A stretch of 49,472 nt of DNA, from assembly GCA_040754875.1 (NCBI GenBank), contig JBFMBT010000003.1, forward strand, positions 1-49,472, written 5' to 3'. Within the stretch, counting starts at the first letter, position 1; each line of letters begins with the position of its first letter. The notes under the pieces were generated by a model. It saw nothing but the letters and a program-made list of their open reading frames with translations. It did no database searches and was not told the origin of the DNA. This stretch comes from Verrucomicrobiota bacterium. Lineage in GTDB: Bacteria > Verrucomicrobiota > Verrucomicrobiia > Limisphaerales > JBFMBT01. Shown piece by piece: positions 1 to 10,730 of the stretch. The translations under genes were made by a program, and so were the position numbers.

Positions 1-62
1 AGGCAACTTGTGCGTGAAGACAAACCTGTCCTGTCGTTTCGGGACCTCACATAACGACTCGT

Positions 63-2720
63 ATGAATTCCATGATCACCCGCCCGATCCACCTGCTGGC
101 CGTCTCCATCCTGTGTGTTGCGCACCCGGCAGCCGCTGTTTATCTGCCGGTGGAACTGGCCTCCGGCAACACCACCAATTTCACCACCGTCACCGTGACG
201 GTTCCCGTCCCGGCCGGCTCGCAACCGGCCACCAAGCTCTGGATGAAGGTTCACAATCTCCAGCGCGACGGCCAGGCGTCGGTAAAGGTCAACTCCGGGG
301 CCTGGGTTGGCTTGTCCAACGGGATTCCGGAACTGACCGTCAACGGCCGCGGCGGCGTTTATGGCGGCATCGGCGGCGGCTATCACACCATCGAGATGGA
401 TCTTGCCCTCACCAACGGCCAGGTCGTGGCCGGCACCACCGCCACGATCCAATTCCGCATCAACCCGCCATTCACCAACGGTGTGTCCGCCTATCGCGTC
501 GTCAATTTCAACTTCCGCGACGCCGCCAATGGCAATATCGTGGTTTCCTCGGTCTTCACCAACATGCCGCCCGGCACGCTCGCGGATGATTCCACCAGTT
601 TCATCGCCGCGAACAATGCGGCGAACATCGCCGCCGGCTCGAACACGTGGCACAACACCAATTTGAAGGAATATCCCCAGGGCTCGAACATCTCCGCCAA
701 GTGCGCCGATTGCCATACGCAGGACGGGCGCGATTTGCGTTACTTCGGTTTTTCCAACCAGAGCATCTACAAACGCACGCGCTTCCATAATGTGCCGGAT
801 GCCGAGGCCAAGAATCTCACGCGCTACATCCGCAGCCTCACCGATGTGCCCTCGACGGAATCGTGGGGCCGCCCGTGGAACCCGCCCTACCAGCCGGACG
901 CCGGGCTGAGCGGGCGCCTGGTCAAGAATTGGGCGGCGGGCGGCGGGCTCAACGCGGTCCTGGCGACCGATGACGAAATGAAACCGCACCTGTTCCCGAA
1001 TGGTTCGGACACGCAGGCCAAGGTCGATGCCGTCATCAACACCACGGGCACCATCAAGACGTTCGACATTCCGGTGGCCATGCAATTCCCGGACTGGAAC
1101 CGGTGGGTGCCCAAGATCCATCCCAAGGACATCTGGACGAATTTCGAAAATGGCGCGCCGAACGCCGCTTACCTGGCCATCCGCAATAATCTGACAGCCA
1201 ATGGCGTTTCCTATTACCTCGCCAACAACACGCGCAAACTCGAGCTGGTCAACTTTCTGACCGAGCTGAATTCCGCAGTGCGCGACTGGGTCGGCAACGG
1301 CGCCACCGCCTACGACCCGAACGGCGATCCCACCGGTTCACCGTGGCGCGCGCAGGATTCCACCAAGCTCGTCACCGCCGCCAACAACGGGTTCGACCGG
1401 GAAACGGCCAAGCGCTCCATGACCCAGTGGCTGGCGGTCAAATACTTCGAGGTCATGCGCGAATTCAACCTGGAGGACAAATGCCCGCAGATCATGACGT
1501 ATGATTCCAAGGCGCAGGGCGAAGTGCGCGGCTGGCCCACCAAAGAGCAGAATGTCCACCCCAACGCGCCGCACATCACGGCCATGAATCTGGACAACTG
1601 GGTCGGCCAGCCCGAACTGGTGGGCCACTATCTGTCCACCGCCTGGTATCAGTTGCAGATGGTTCTCAATGCCGGCCAGGGCCAGGTTGCCGACAGCGTC
1701 CAGCCGCAGGATTGGGAATACCAGGTCAATCACATTGAAAAGCTTTCCGACGACACCGGGGTTCAGCATCCGTTGCGCATGGTCGAAAGCATGCTGAAGA
1801 TCTACCAGCTCCGCGACAACCAGGGCACGGTCAACAACGGCTGGATGATGCGGATGTGCGACCCGCACCGCCTCTACGCCACGCGCAAGGGCGACACCAC
1901 CATGATGTCCGCCCTCGAGGATTATGAGGACGGCCTGTGGGTCCGCATCAACAACGCGTTCATCAAGGAATTTGTCGAAGTCGTGACCAATCCCTCCTTT
2001 GAAGGTTCCAACCTGAACAACTGGACGCGTTACACGCCACCGTCCCAAGGCACGGAGGATTGGTGGAAAATCGAGGTCAAAACCTATCAGCCCACCGAAT
2101 GGACCACGGGCGAAAAATTCCCGCAGAACCATGCGGACAGTTTCTGGCGGCTTCTGCCGGACTTGAAACACCTGGGTTGCGATGCCACGCGCCTGGCCAA
2201 TCTTAAAAACTGGTGTGCGTCCGCCTGGCCCGGCCCGACCGCCACGCCCAACGATTGGGACAGCCGCCTGGTGGCGATGATGCCCACGACGTTTCAGTGG
2301 TATCACGTGGAAAACGTCCTTTACTCCGGCAAGCGCCTTTACGGCGACAGCCTCGTGGCCACCAATGCGATGCTCAACACCAGCACCGGCCCGCGCACGC
2401 AATGGATGCTGATTCCCGTCAGCGGCCCGTGGTTCCGGCTCCAGCGCCAGCCCTACCTGGACGGCGTGGATTACTGGCTCCGCGCCGTGGGCGGCGTGGT
2501 CGAAAACGGCAACCGCGTCGAAATGGGCACCACCGCGAACACCGGCGATCAGACGCAGTGGCGCGTGATTGATCTGGGCGCCGGCCAGTACCGCATCGAA
2601 AACAAAAACCCGACCTACTCGACCGCGCCGTGGTTGAGCGGACGCGCCAGCGATTTCGTCAACCGCGTCAGCACCACCAACACCGACAATTCCACCAAGT
2701 GGATGTTCGTCGTGCCCTGA
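63..2720 (+). CDS. Secreted c-type heme protein (single CxxCH) with C-terminal ricin-B/CBM13-like beta-trefoil; function unknown
   Basis: 885-aa ORF with a Sec-like signal (LLAVSILCVAHPAAA). CADCH motif at nt 702-716. The last ~140 aa contain three Q/KxW-type repeats (TQW, TQW, TKW) typical of beta-trefoil lectins. Confidence 0.75.
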   Translation: MNSMITRPIHLLAVSILCVAHPAAAVYLPVELASGNTTNFTTVTVTVPVPAGSQPATKLWMKVHNLQRDGQASVKVNSGAWVGLSNGIPELTVNGRGGVYGGIGGGYHTIEMDLALTNGQVVAGTTATIQFRINPPFTNGVSAYRVVNFNFRDAANGNIVVSSVFTNMPPGTLADDSTSFIAANNAANIAAGSNTWHNTNLKEYPQGSNISAKCADCHTQDGRDLRYFGFSNQSIYKRTRFHNVPDAEAKNLTRYIRSLTDVPSTESWGRPWNPPYQPDAGLSGRLVKNWAAGGGLNAVLATDDEMKPHLFPNGSDTQAKVDAVINTTGTIKTFDIPVAMQFPDWNRWVPKIHPKDIWTNFENGAPNAAYLAIRNNLTANGVSYYLANNTRKLELVNFLTELNSAVRDWVGNGATAYDPNGDPTGSPWRAQDSTKLVTAANNGFDRETAKRSMTQWLAVKYFEVMREFNLEDKCPQIMTYDSKAQGEVRGWPTKEQNVHPNAPHITAMNLDNWVGQPELVGHYLSTAWYQLQMVLNAGQGQVADSVQPQDWEYQVNHIEKLSDDTGVQHPLRMVESMLKIYQLRDNQGTVNNGWMMRMCDPHRLYATRKGDTTMMSALEDYEDGLWVRINNAFIKEFVEVVTNPSFEGSNLNNWTRYTPPSQGTEDWWKIEVKTYQPTEWTTGEKFPQNHADSFWRLLPDLKHLGCDATRLANLKNWCASAWPGPTATPNDWDSRLVAMMPTTFQWYHVENVLYSGKRLYGDSLVATNAMLNTSTGPRTQWMLIPVSGPWFRLQRQPYLDGVDYWLRAVGGVVENGNRVEMGTTANTGDQTQWRVIDLGAGQYRIENKNPTYSTAPWLSGRASDFVNRVSTTNTDNSTKWMFVVP

Positions 2721-2723
2721 GCC

Positions 2724-3764
2724 ATGTCACCGCGAGAACATAACGGATGGAAAATCGCGGCCGCCGCGTGCCTCGCGACGGCGGTGCTCGTGTGGTGGCC
2801 CGGGCGCGAGCGCGCGCCACACCCTGACGCCGCGCCCGGTTCGATGCGCCATGCCAGCCACTCGCCGTCCCCGGTTCAGCGGCAGCGCCAGCGGCCCGCG
2901 CGTCCAGACGCGGCCGCCAGCCAGGAGTCAAGCGCAACCGCCGCCAGCCCGGTTGCGGCAACCGCGCCGATGCCAATGGCCGAGCCACCGTCCACGCTCG
3001 TGTGGTTGCTCAAATCCCAAACGGACCCGCTTATGAAAGCGCGCGTGCTGGAACAGTTCCGTTCCTGGGGCCGCGAGCGCGGGCCCGAAGCGATGGATTA
3101 TGCGCTGCTTCAATTGAGCGGCCAGTTGCGGCTGGATGGCGCGGTCGAGGCGTGGCGCGGCTGGGCCGAGCGCGATGTTCAATCTGCCTCCGTCTATGCG
3201 GCGCGCCTGCTGACACCGGGCCACGATTATATTGTCTATTCCGTCGCCCAGGATTTTGGCCGCCAGGACGCCGCCGCCGCGCTCGCGTGGGCCATGACCC
3301 TGGTTCCGGCTGAATACCGTTCCACCGCCGCGCAACATGTCATCCTGCAGTGGCTGCGCCAGGAGCCTGCCGCGGCCCTCGCGTGGACGGCGGACCATCT
3401 CGGCGCGCAGCCGCGCTTGAACCGCGTCGAACGCACGGTGTTGTGGGAGGCCGTTTCTTATCTCGCCGGGCGCGACCTCGAAGCCGCCGGTGACTGGGCG
3501 TTGCGACTTCCCGCCGGCGGCGCCCTTGAATCCGGCCTCCACGCCGTGCTCGACCGCTGGATGGACCACGACCCGGCCGCAGCCCTCGCGTGGACCGAAA
3601 CCATCGCTCCTCGCGTCGAGCCCGGAGTCCTTGACGAAAGCTATTCCGCCATCGCGTTGCGCGCCGCCGGGGAAGACCATGAGATCGGCGTGGCCTGGGC
3701 GCGCCTCATTTCGGCCGAAGACCTCCGCGACCGCACGCTCGCCCAGATCCAACCAACCAATTAA
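2724..3764 (+). CDS. Membrane-anchored hypothetical protein with helical (D/E)PAAALAW repeats
   Basis: 346-aa ORF starting 3 nt after the upstream stop. N-terminal hydrophobic anchor, a Pro/Ala linker, then repeated DAAAALAWA / EPAAALAWT / DPAAALAWT motifs. Confidence 0.75.
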   Translation: MSPREHNGWKIAAAACLATAVLVWWPGRERAPHPDAAPGSMRHASHSPSPVQRQRQRPARPDAAASQESSATAASPVAATAPMPMAEPPSTLVWLLKSQTDPLMKARVLEQFRSWGRERGPEAMDYALLQLSGQLRLDGAVEAWRGWAERDVQSASVYAARLLTPGHDYIVYSVAQDFGRQDAAAALAWAMTLVPAEYRSTAAQHVILQWLRQEPAAALAWTADHLGAQPRLNRVERTVLWEAVSYLAGRDLEAAGDWALRLPAGGALESGLHAVLDRWMDHDPAAALAWTETIAPRVEPGVLDESYSAIALRAAGEDHEIGVAWARLISAEDLRDRTLAQIQPTN

Positions 3765-3848
3765 CCGCGAATGGGCACGAACAAACACAACGAACTCCGG
3801 CTTCTGTCTTTCAAACCATCGGGTTGAGGAGCGGGACAGGTGCCGACC

Positions 3849-6800
3849 TCAATTAAGGCCGCTACTGTATCTGCCTTTCGGGCCTTTTTTGCCCCAGCGG
3901 ACGCTCATGGTGCTGTTGCCGCCGTCGCGAAGGTTGACGAATCGGTTGGTGTAGCCTTCGCCAAGTGGTTCGGGTGGCGCCTCAAGCAGACCGGGGCGTG
4001 CGGGCACCGCGAAGGCTGCCCGCGGAATCGGCGCGTTCATCGTCTCATAATGGAAACGGGAGCGCGTGATTCCCCACTCGTTGTATTCGTTCATTTCGGC
4101 CACCTGGCTGGTGTCCGGATCCACCCACCATTGCATTCGCGACACAAAGGGTTTCGCATCCGGGATCATGTGCAGTTTCCATGCCTCGATGACGTGGGCC
4201 GTTTTGCTGCTCCCCGGGTGGAGGCCGGCATAACTGAGTTGCAGGGCGCTCGCCGCGGTCGCGATGTCCTGGCGCGCGAGATCAAACGGATCGGCAATCG
4301 AGAGGTTCAACTCGGTCACCTCGGCGACCGGGCAAACGACCAGGCGATTAGTCTTTTCGGTCTGATAATGCCACCACCACTTTTCGCCGTCGGACCCGAT
4401 GGCAAAGGCCGTTGAGCGCATGATCTTTGAGACATCGGCGAAGTAACGGTTGGGCTGTTCCCATTTGAATTGTGCGGACTTTGATTCAAGGGAGGTGAAC
4501 AGACCGTCCTCATGCCTTGTCGTAAGGACCTGCACCCGCTCGGATAGCGAGGCCAGTTGCCGGCGTTTCTGCTGCATGCCGCTGAGGACGCCGAGAAGTC
4601 CGGGGTCGTTGGCCGCCGTTTGAATTCGCCGGCGTTCGGAGGCGGCCAGTTCTTCGCCGGACGGCGCGTACTCGAGTTTCAAGGGTTCGGACAAAATACC
4701 GGAGGCGCTGCGAAACCCCGCCACGGTGAATGCGACTTTTTCCTTCGGAGAAAAGACCAGCGGCAACCGAAAGGTTCGTGCATTGGGAGCAAAGTCGATT
4801 GGAGCGGCAAGGCCCACGAGTCTTCTCGAGCCGGCGTCCGGCACGATGTACGGGCTTGCGTTGCGCGGCGGGAGCATGTCCTGGTCGAACTGGAGTTCGA
4901 CGAAACCGAGGGAAGGCATTTTGCTCCCGGCGGGTGGCGATACATTGACCGCGCGCGGCGGTTTGCTCGCGGCGGAGGAATAATCACCCGCCGTGCGAAA
5001 GCGCCAGGCGAAACGCGCGGCGGGCGCATCATTTGTGGCGTGAAATCCCTGGCCCGGCTCCACACGCTCATCGTCGAAGTACCGGTGGTTCACGACGACT
5101 TGGTGAAAGGCGCCAGGGGGCATGTGCAAAGGGATGGTGAATTCGTATCGAATGGGATCATACGTCGGGAAATCGCAGTCGAGGAAGCCGCCGGCAAGCC
5201 ATTGGAGACGCAGCCCAAATGGGTCCATGGGGCGGTCGAATCGCACCTTGATTGCGGTTTCAGCCGGGATGGAATCCGAGCCATTGGCCGGGAAAACGGA
5301 AGTCACGCGGGCGCGGGAAGCATCGGCGGTTTCCGTGAGAGCGCCTGGCTCCGACAGGGTGCGGGCGGGGCGGCGAAGGGCGCGCGGACCTCTGGCCTCC
5401 TCCGGGAGATAGGCGGGACCGGCGATCGGCTCTCTGGCCAGGGGCGACTGGCGGAGGCGTTCGAGGGCGGCGGCGAGGAGGTCATCGCGTTTGCCTTCAA
5501 AGGCGCCGGGGCCGGGCTGGAACCGGATCTGGGGTTGGACGCCGTGTTCGTCCAGGGGCGTGCCGTCCGGCAGATAATCAATCCACCGGGGAACGCTCAC
5601 GGTCATCTCAAGGGGCAGTGAAATGATGCGCGGGTTGCCGCTGGAGCCGCAGGTGCGGTCGCCCATGGTGGTGACATCGGGACCGCCGCTCATCATCTTG
5701 ACGAAGGATTCGTTGCTGCTCATGCAGCGCTGGCCGATGAGCAACACGACGGGCCGGGGGTAGCGCCAGGGGCCCTGGGGCTGGACGTTTCGCGGCTGTT
5801 TCGCGCCCAGGTCGTCGTGCTTGGGACCGCTCCGGTATTGGCTGTACGCATAGGTGAATTCCTTTTCCAGAAAGCGCCCCGCCACTTCTTTCGCCAGCGG
5901 TTCGGAGCCGCCTCCATTCAGCCGCACGTCCACAATCAGCCCGCGGGTGTCGCGCATTTCCTCGAGGAGTTTGTGGAATTGCGCCGGAATCTCGGGGTCG
6001 GTCCAGCGGGCGATGAGGACGTAGCCGATTTTGTCGGGTGTGATGGCCCAGCGCAGTTCGCGTCCCGCCGTGCGAAGCGGGCCGACGAGCGAATCGGCGG
6101 CGGCGGGGTTGGCGTTGGCCAAGCGCGGGCGGTTGAAAACCGGAACGTCCGCGCCGGCGACCGTCAGCCAGATGTGCAGGTCGCGCAGAGGCCGCAACAT
6201 TTGCGCCATGACGCCGGCGAATTCATGGACGGATTTGCTTTCCAAGGCGCGCGGGCGGAATTCATCGCGAAGCTTGTCCCAGCGGACGTCAGGCCGCAGA
6301 ACGAACATGGCGTATTGCTCGTCAAACGCCTTCCAGAGCTGGTCAAACGCCGAGGCCGCCAGTTCGCGGGTGATCGGCGGCGGAAGCTTCACGGGGCGAT
6401 TTTCAAAATTGGGGACGTATTGGGCGCTGCCGGCCGGTTGATCCACCATGAAAAAGCGGCGGAGCGGAGCGGTCGTGTCCACGTCGACGGTGAAATCCTT
6501 CCGCTCGGGGATCATCGCCCTGCCGCCCGCCTGCCAGCTTGAACGCATTTTGGCCACGGCGATGGCGCGCATCTCCGGCTCGAGCTGTTTGTTTCCGTCT
6601 GGAAACGCGGTGTCGGGCGGGAAAAGCCGGGCCAGCTCCGCGGGATGGAAGCGCAACCAGACATGCGCGACAGTCTCCGGTTCCCGGGCCGCGCTGCTGC
6701 GCAGCGTCCCGCCCTCGCGCGGCCGCACAATCGCCCAGACCGCGCCATCGGCGCAGCGGCCGATTCCGACATCGGCTGGGCCGAGTTTGATGAGCAATTG

Positions 6801-7028
6801 GTCGCCGGTGGTGAAGGTGAATTGCGAGAGGCGGAAGATGTCGTTCGCATCAAACGACCATTCCCGCGCGTTCTGAGGGACGACGTCACCGGCGGTCAAC
6901 CGCGTGGGATATCGCTCGAGCAAATCGAGGCCGTGGGCGCCGGTGAGTGGAGTTATCAGGGCAAGGCCAACCGCAAAGAATCCAAGGGGCCGCATGAAGC
7001 GAGTGTAGGGAAGGACGGGAATTCTCAA
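3849..7028 (-). CDS. S41-family (tricorn/CTP-like) peptidase fused to two SbsA/Big_5-like Ig domains and a LolA-like C-terminal domain
   Basis: Signal peptide. Tricorn C1-like AFDQLWKAFDEQY..LRDLH, GLIVDVRLNGGG, catalytic-Ser region CMSSNESF, and GVQPQI. Ig-like starts VTSVFPANGS..IKVRFDRPM and VNVSPPAGS..VELQFDQDM. LolA-like FKWEQPNRY..IGSDGEKWWWH. Confidence 0.8.
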   Translation of the reverse strand: MRIPVLPYTRFMRPLGFFAVGLALITPLTGAHGLDLLERYPTRLTAGDVVPQNAREWSFDANDIFRLSQFTFTTGDQLLIKLGPADVGIGRCADGAVWAIVRPREGGTLRSSAAREPETVAHVWLRFHPAELARLFPPDTAFPDGNKQLEPEMRAIAVAKMRSSWQAGGRAMIPERKDFTVDVDTTAPLRRFFMVDQPAGSAQYVPNFENRPVKLPPPITRELAASAFDQLWKAFDEQYAMFVLRPDVRWDKLRDEFRPRALESKSVHEFAGVMAQMLRPLRDLHIWLTVAGADVPVFNRPRLANANPAAADSLVGPLRTAGRELRWAITPDKIGYVLIARWTDPEIPAQFHKLLEEMRDTRGLIVDVRLNGGGSEPLAKEVAGRFLEKEFTYAYSQYRSGPKHDDLGAKQPRNVQPQGPWRYPRPVVLLIGQRCMSSNESFVKMMSGGPDVTTMGDRTCGSSGNPRIISLPLEMTVSVPRWIDYLPDGTPLDEHGVQPQIRFQPGPGAFEGKRDDLLAAALERLRQSPLAREPIAGPAYLPEEARGPRALRRPARTLSEPGALTETADASRARVTSVFPANGSDSIPAETAIKVRFDRPMDPFGLRLQWLAGGFLDCDFPTYDPIRYEFTIPLHMPPGAFHQVVVNHRYFDDERVEPGQGFHATNDAPAARFAWRFRTAGDYSSAASKPPRAVNVSPPAGSKMPSLGFVELQFDQDMLPPRNASPYIVPDAGSRRLVGLAAPIDFAPNARTFRLPLVFSPKEKVAFTVAGFRSASGILSEPLKLEYAPSGEELAASERRRIQTAANDPGLLGVLSGMQQKRRQLASLSERVQVLTTRHEDGLFTSLESKSAQFKWEQPNRYFADVSKIMRSTAFAIGSDGEKWWWHYQTEKTNRLVVCPVAEVTELNLSIADPFDLARQDIATAASALQLSYAGLHPGSSKTAHVIEAWKLHMIPDAKPFVSRMQWWVDPDTSQVAEMNEYNEWGITRSRFHYETMNAPIPRAAFAVPARPGLLEAPPEPLGEGYTNRFVNLRDGGNSTMSVRWGKKGPKGRYSSGLN

Positions 7029-7260
7029 AGTTCAAAGTTCGCCGGGCGCGGCGCGCGCAGGCGAGATGAGAGCGCCGTGAACGGGTGCGGGTCGAATGAG
7101 GCGGAAGGGGCGTGAACGCCGCGCCCCAAGGGCATTATCATTGTTCCACGCTTCAATGTTTCAACGCATCACGATTCAACGATGCCTGGTTACATGGGAT
7201 TATGTGGGACAAACTGCCGCTTCCGCCCGCTTCCGCCCGATATCGGCGCGGTTGCAAAGT

Positions 7261-10020
7261 TTAAAGTTCTCGACCCCCTCGGTCCCTCTCCCTGGTCGAG
7301 GCGGCGAGGGAAGCGGTTGGAGTGGCGGGATGCCCGGCGCTCCGGAGGCGCTTCACGTTGCGCGGGGGTTCTTCGCGGCGGGGGTGGAGGAGTTTGGCGA
7401 CGAGGCCGGTCCAGCCGGTTTGATGGGAGGCGCCGACGCCGCGGCCTGTGTCGCCGTGGAAGTATTCGTGGAACAGGAGGTAGTCCTTGAAGTGCGGATC
7501 AGTCGCGAGCTTGGAATGATATTTCAGCACGGGGCGCTGGCCGTCGGGGCCGATGAGGAAGAGGCGCGCGAGGCGGTGCGAGAGTTCGTTGGCAATTTCG
7601 TTGATGGTGAGGAAACGGCCGGAACCGGTCGGGCATTCGACTTTGAAATCGTCGCCGTAGTAGTGGTGGAATTTTTGCAGCGACTCGATGAGGAGATAAT
7701 TGACGGGCATCCAGATGGGGCCGCGCCAGTTGGAGTTGCCGCCAAACAAACCGGAGTTGGATTCGGCGGGTTGATAGGAGACTTCGAGCGTGTCGCCGTT
7801 GACGTGGAAGCGATACGGATTTTCCAGATGATGCCGCGAGACGGCGCGCACGCCGTAGTCAGAGAGGAACTCGGTTTCATCGAGCATGCGGCGGAGCAGG
7901 CATTTCATGCGATGGCCGCGCAACAAGGAAAGCAGGTGGCGCTCGCAATCGCCGCATTCCTTCCAGCGCGAAACGAGCTTCGCGAGGTCGGGGCGGTAAT
8001 TGAGGAACCATTCGAGGCGGCCGGCGAAGTCCGGCAATTGCGCGAGCAACTCGGGATCGAGCACCTCGACGGCGAAGAGCGGGATGAGACCGACCATGGA
8101 ACGGACCTTGAGCGGGATTTCCTGGCCATCGGGCAGGCGCAGTTCGTCGTAATAGAATTCGTCCTGCTCGTCCCAGAGGCCGCGGCCTTCGTCGGTGGTG
8201 TTGATGGCGGCGGCGATGTGGAGGAAGTGTTCGAAGAACTTGGTGGCGATGTCCTCGTAAACATGATTGTGCTTCGCCAGTTCGAGGGCAATGCGCATGA
8301 GGTTCAGGCAATACATCGCCATCCAGCTCGTGCCGTCGGCCTGATTGATATGGCCGCCGGTGGGGAGCGGCGCGGAGCGGTCGAACACGCCGATGTTGTC
8401 CAGCCCGAGGAAGCCGCCTTGAAAAATGTTGCGGCCCTGGGCGTCCTTGCGATTGACCCACCAGGTGAAATTGAGCAGGAGCTTGTGGAAAACGCGTTCG
8501 AGAAACGCGAGGTCGCCGGGATCGCCGGGCGTGTGTTCGCGACGCTGCTTGCGATCAATCTGGAACACGCGCCACGTGGCCCACGCGTGGACGGGCGGAT
8601 TCACATCGCCGAAAGCCCATTCGTAGGCGGGCAACTGGCCGTTGGGATGCATGTACCATTCGCGCGTGAGCAGGACGAGCTGGTGCTTGGCAAACCCGGC
8701 ATCGACGAGCGCGAGCGGGATGCAATGGAACGCGAGGTCCCACGCGGCGTACCACGGATACTCCCATTTGTCCGGCATGGAGATGATGTCGGCGTTGTTG
8801 AGGTGGGTCCATTCGCGGTTGCGGCCGTGCTTGCGCCCGGGCGGCGGAGGCGGCTGGGCGGGGTCGCCGTTGAGCCACTCGGGCACGTCGTAATAGAAAA
8901 ACTGTTTGCTCCAGATCATGCCGGCAAAGGCCTGGCGCTGGACGAGGCGGGCGTCGGCGTCGGCAATGTCCTTTTGCAACGCGGCGTAAAATTCATCGGC
9001 CTCGCGGCGGCGCTGCGCGAAGAGCGCGTCAAAATCAGCGAAGGATTTGGACGGGTGATGTTTCGCCAGGCGCAAGCGGATTTGCGCGGAGCTTTGCGCG
9101 GCGATGGTGAGTTGATAATGCGCGGCGGACTTGGTGCCGGTGCGTTGCGGGTTCACGGCGCCGGCATTGCCGTGGATGACGTATTCGTGGAAGGCGTCTT
9201 TGAAGAAGCCTTGGGCGTCCTGGCCGTAAAGGCGGCGCGTGTTCGTGTCGTTGTCGCAAAAGAGGCGCACGGGATTGCCGTCGCACATCAGACGATACGC
9301 ACCGAGTTCAGGATGTTCGGCGGCGATGGCGTGGTCGCCGATGGCGCGGAGGAGCGGCTTCGCGACATCGGGTTTCCATGACCAGGTGTTGCGGAACCAC
9401 AGTTGCGGGAGCAGATGGAGTTGCGCGGTTTCGGGGCCGCGATTGTGGACGGTGACGAGCATGAGGAGGTCGTCGGGGCCGGCCTTGGCATATTCGACGA
9501 AGACATCGAAATAGCGGTCGTCGTCGAAGATGCCGGTGTCGAGCAATTCGAATTCGGGCGCGTCCTTGCCGCGGCGGCGGTTTTCCTCGACGATCCGGGC
9601 GTAGGGGAATTCGCGCTGCGGATACTTGTAAAGCATCTTGAGATAGGAATGCGTGGGCGTGGCGTCGAGGTAGTAATAGAGTTCCTTGGCGTCTTCGCCG
9701 TGGTTGCCCTCGCTGTTGGTGAGGCCGAAAATGCGTTCCTTGAGGATGGGATCGCGGCCGTTCCAAAGCGCGAGCGCGAGGCAAAGGCGCTGCTGGTCGT
9801 CGCTGATGCCGGCGATGCCATCCTCGCCCCAGCGATAGGCGCGGCTGCGCGCGTGGTCGTGCGGGAAATAATCCCAGGCGGTGCCGTGCGCGCTGTAATC
9901 CTCACGGACGGTGCCCCATTGGCGCTCGGAGAGGTAGGGGCCCCAGAGTTTCCAGGGTTGTTTGCCCGCGTGGTCTTCGGAGAGGCGGAAGTGTTCGGGA
10001 TGGGAGTTGCCGTTGTTCAT
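7261..10020 (-). CDS. GH63 / MGH1-like glucosidase
   Basis: Motifs [47 protein letters not shown] and [20 protein letters not shown]. Confidence 0.92.
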   Translation of the reverse strand: MNNGNSHPEHFRLSEDHAGKQPWKLWGPYLSERQWGTVREDYSAHGTAWDYFPHDHARSRAYRWGEDGIAGISDDQQRLCLALALWNGRDPILKERIFGLTNSEGNHGEDAKELYYYLDATPTHSYLKMLYKYPQREFPYARIVEENRRRGKDAPEFELLDTGIFDDDRYFDVFVEYAKAGPDDLLMLVTVHNRGPETAQLHLLPQLWFRNTWSWKPDVAKPLLRAIGDHAIAAEHPELGAYRLMCDGNPVRLFCDNDTNTRRLYGQDAQGFFKDAFHEYVIHGNAGAVNPQRTGTKSAAHYQLTIAAQSSAQIRLRLAKHHPSKSFADFDALFAQRRREADEFYAALQKDIADADARLVQRQAFAGMIWSKQFFYYDVPEWLNGDPAQPPPPPGRKHGRNREWTHLNNADIISMPDKWEYPWYAAWDLAFHCIPLALVDAGFAKHQLVLLTREWYMHPNGQLPAYEWAFGDVNPPVHAWATWRVFQIDRKQRREHTPGDPGDLAFLERVFHKLLLNFTWWVNRKDAQGRNIFQGGFLGLDNIGVFDRSAPLPTGGHINQADGTSWMAMYCLNLMRIALELAKHNHVYEDIATKFFEHFLHIAAAINTTDEGRGLWDEQDEFYYDELRLPDGQEIPLKVRSMVGLIPLFAVEVLDPELLAQLPDFAGRLEWFLNYRPDLAKLVSRWKECGDCERHLLSLLRGHRMKCLLRRMLDETEFLSDYGVRAVSRHHLENPYRFHVNGDTLEVSYQPAESNSGLFGGNSNWRGPIWMPVNYLLIESLQKFHHYYGDDFKVECPTGSGRFLTINEIANELSHRLARLFLIGPDGQRPVLKYHSKLATDPHFKDYLLFHEYFHGDTGRGVGASHQTGWTGLVAKLLHPRREEPPRNVKRLRSAGHPATPTASLAASTRERDRGGREL

Positions 10021-10285
10021 GGAGAGAGAATCAGGTTGGGAAAGCGGAATGAAACCGAAATTCGAATCGCGAAATCCGAAACAAATTCAAAGGGAAGAAA
10101 TCCGAAAGAGAGAAACGATGACGCGTTTGGGCGGGACCTTTTGTCCGTCGTGCGTGTCGCGTCGTGAAGACAAGCGGCGCGCCACAAAGCGGCACAAAAC
10201 TGCCGCACTCCAAGACGCTGGCGCGTTCGCCTGGCGGCGGACAGTTGTGTCGCGTTCTTGAATTTCGAAGGCGGATGGTTCATGG

Positions 10286-10477
10286 TCAGAGTTGGCGGTA
10301 GTAGTCCCAACATTTCTGGCAGGTCGGATCGTTTTCGGCCCATTCAGGATACTGCCGTTTGATCATTTGAATAGTGTAATCGACGATTTCCTGTGCCTCG
10401 GTCTTCCGATGGATGTGGAGGTAGCTGCGGGGAATGTCGTGACCGCAGAGGGTGCAGCGGGATTTGTCGGGGTGCAT
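10286..10477 (-). CDS. Small (63 aa) CxxC...CxxC putative metal/zinc-binding protein
   Basis: From the ATG at 10477: MHPDKSRCTLCGHDIPRSYLHIH...PEWAENDPTCQKCWDYYRQL. It is co-oriented between the debranching enzyme and GH63. The upstream extension to 10702 is repeat-derived. Confidence 0.7.
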   Translation of the reverse strand: MHPDKSRCTLCGHDIPRSYLHIHRKTEAQEIVDYTIQMIKRQYPEWAENDPTCQKCWDYYRQL

Positions 10478-10730
10478 AATTCGGAGTTCAAGGTTCAAGG
10501 TTCGGAGTTCGGAGAAACCAAAGCGCGTTGCGAGAATCGGTGTCGCTCGCCACAAGCTGAAGCTTGAACTCCAAACAGGGCGGGTTCGGACGCGCGCGGT
10601 GGCATGGGTGCTCGATGGTTGCCGCGTTCGGCGAGAACAAGGCGCAAGGCTCGCGAGGAACCCACCCCTGGCCCCTCCCAGGAGGGGAGCGTTTTGCGAC
10701 ATTGCATCGTTTCCTGGTTATTCATGGCGT

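Noticed and set aside
7261-7370. Extended C-terminal tail of GH63 as a functional domain
   Set aside because: The tail runs into a REP-like hairpin, and one fewer base in the G5 run at ~7364-7368 would stop the protein at EPRAT. It is likely read-through or an indel, which I cannot verify here.
7096-9381. 761-aa plus-strand ORF, and similar long ORFs such as 43633..45657, 29433..31049, 19866..21401 and 24487..26130
   Set aside because: These are antisense shadows of well-supported genes in GC-rich DNA and carry no recognisable motifs.
10478-10702. Longer 138-aa version of the small Cys protein
   Set aside because: The extension is made of heptamer repeats and hairpins (e.g. SELRTLNLEL, VWSSSFSL).
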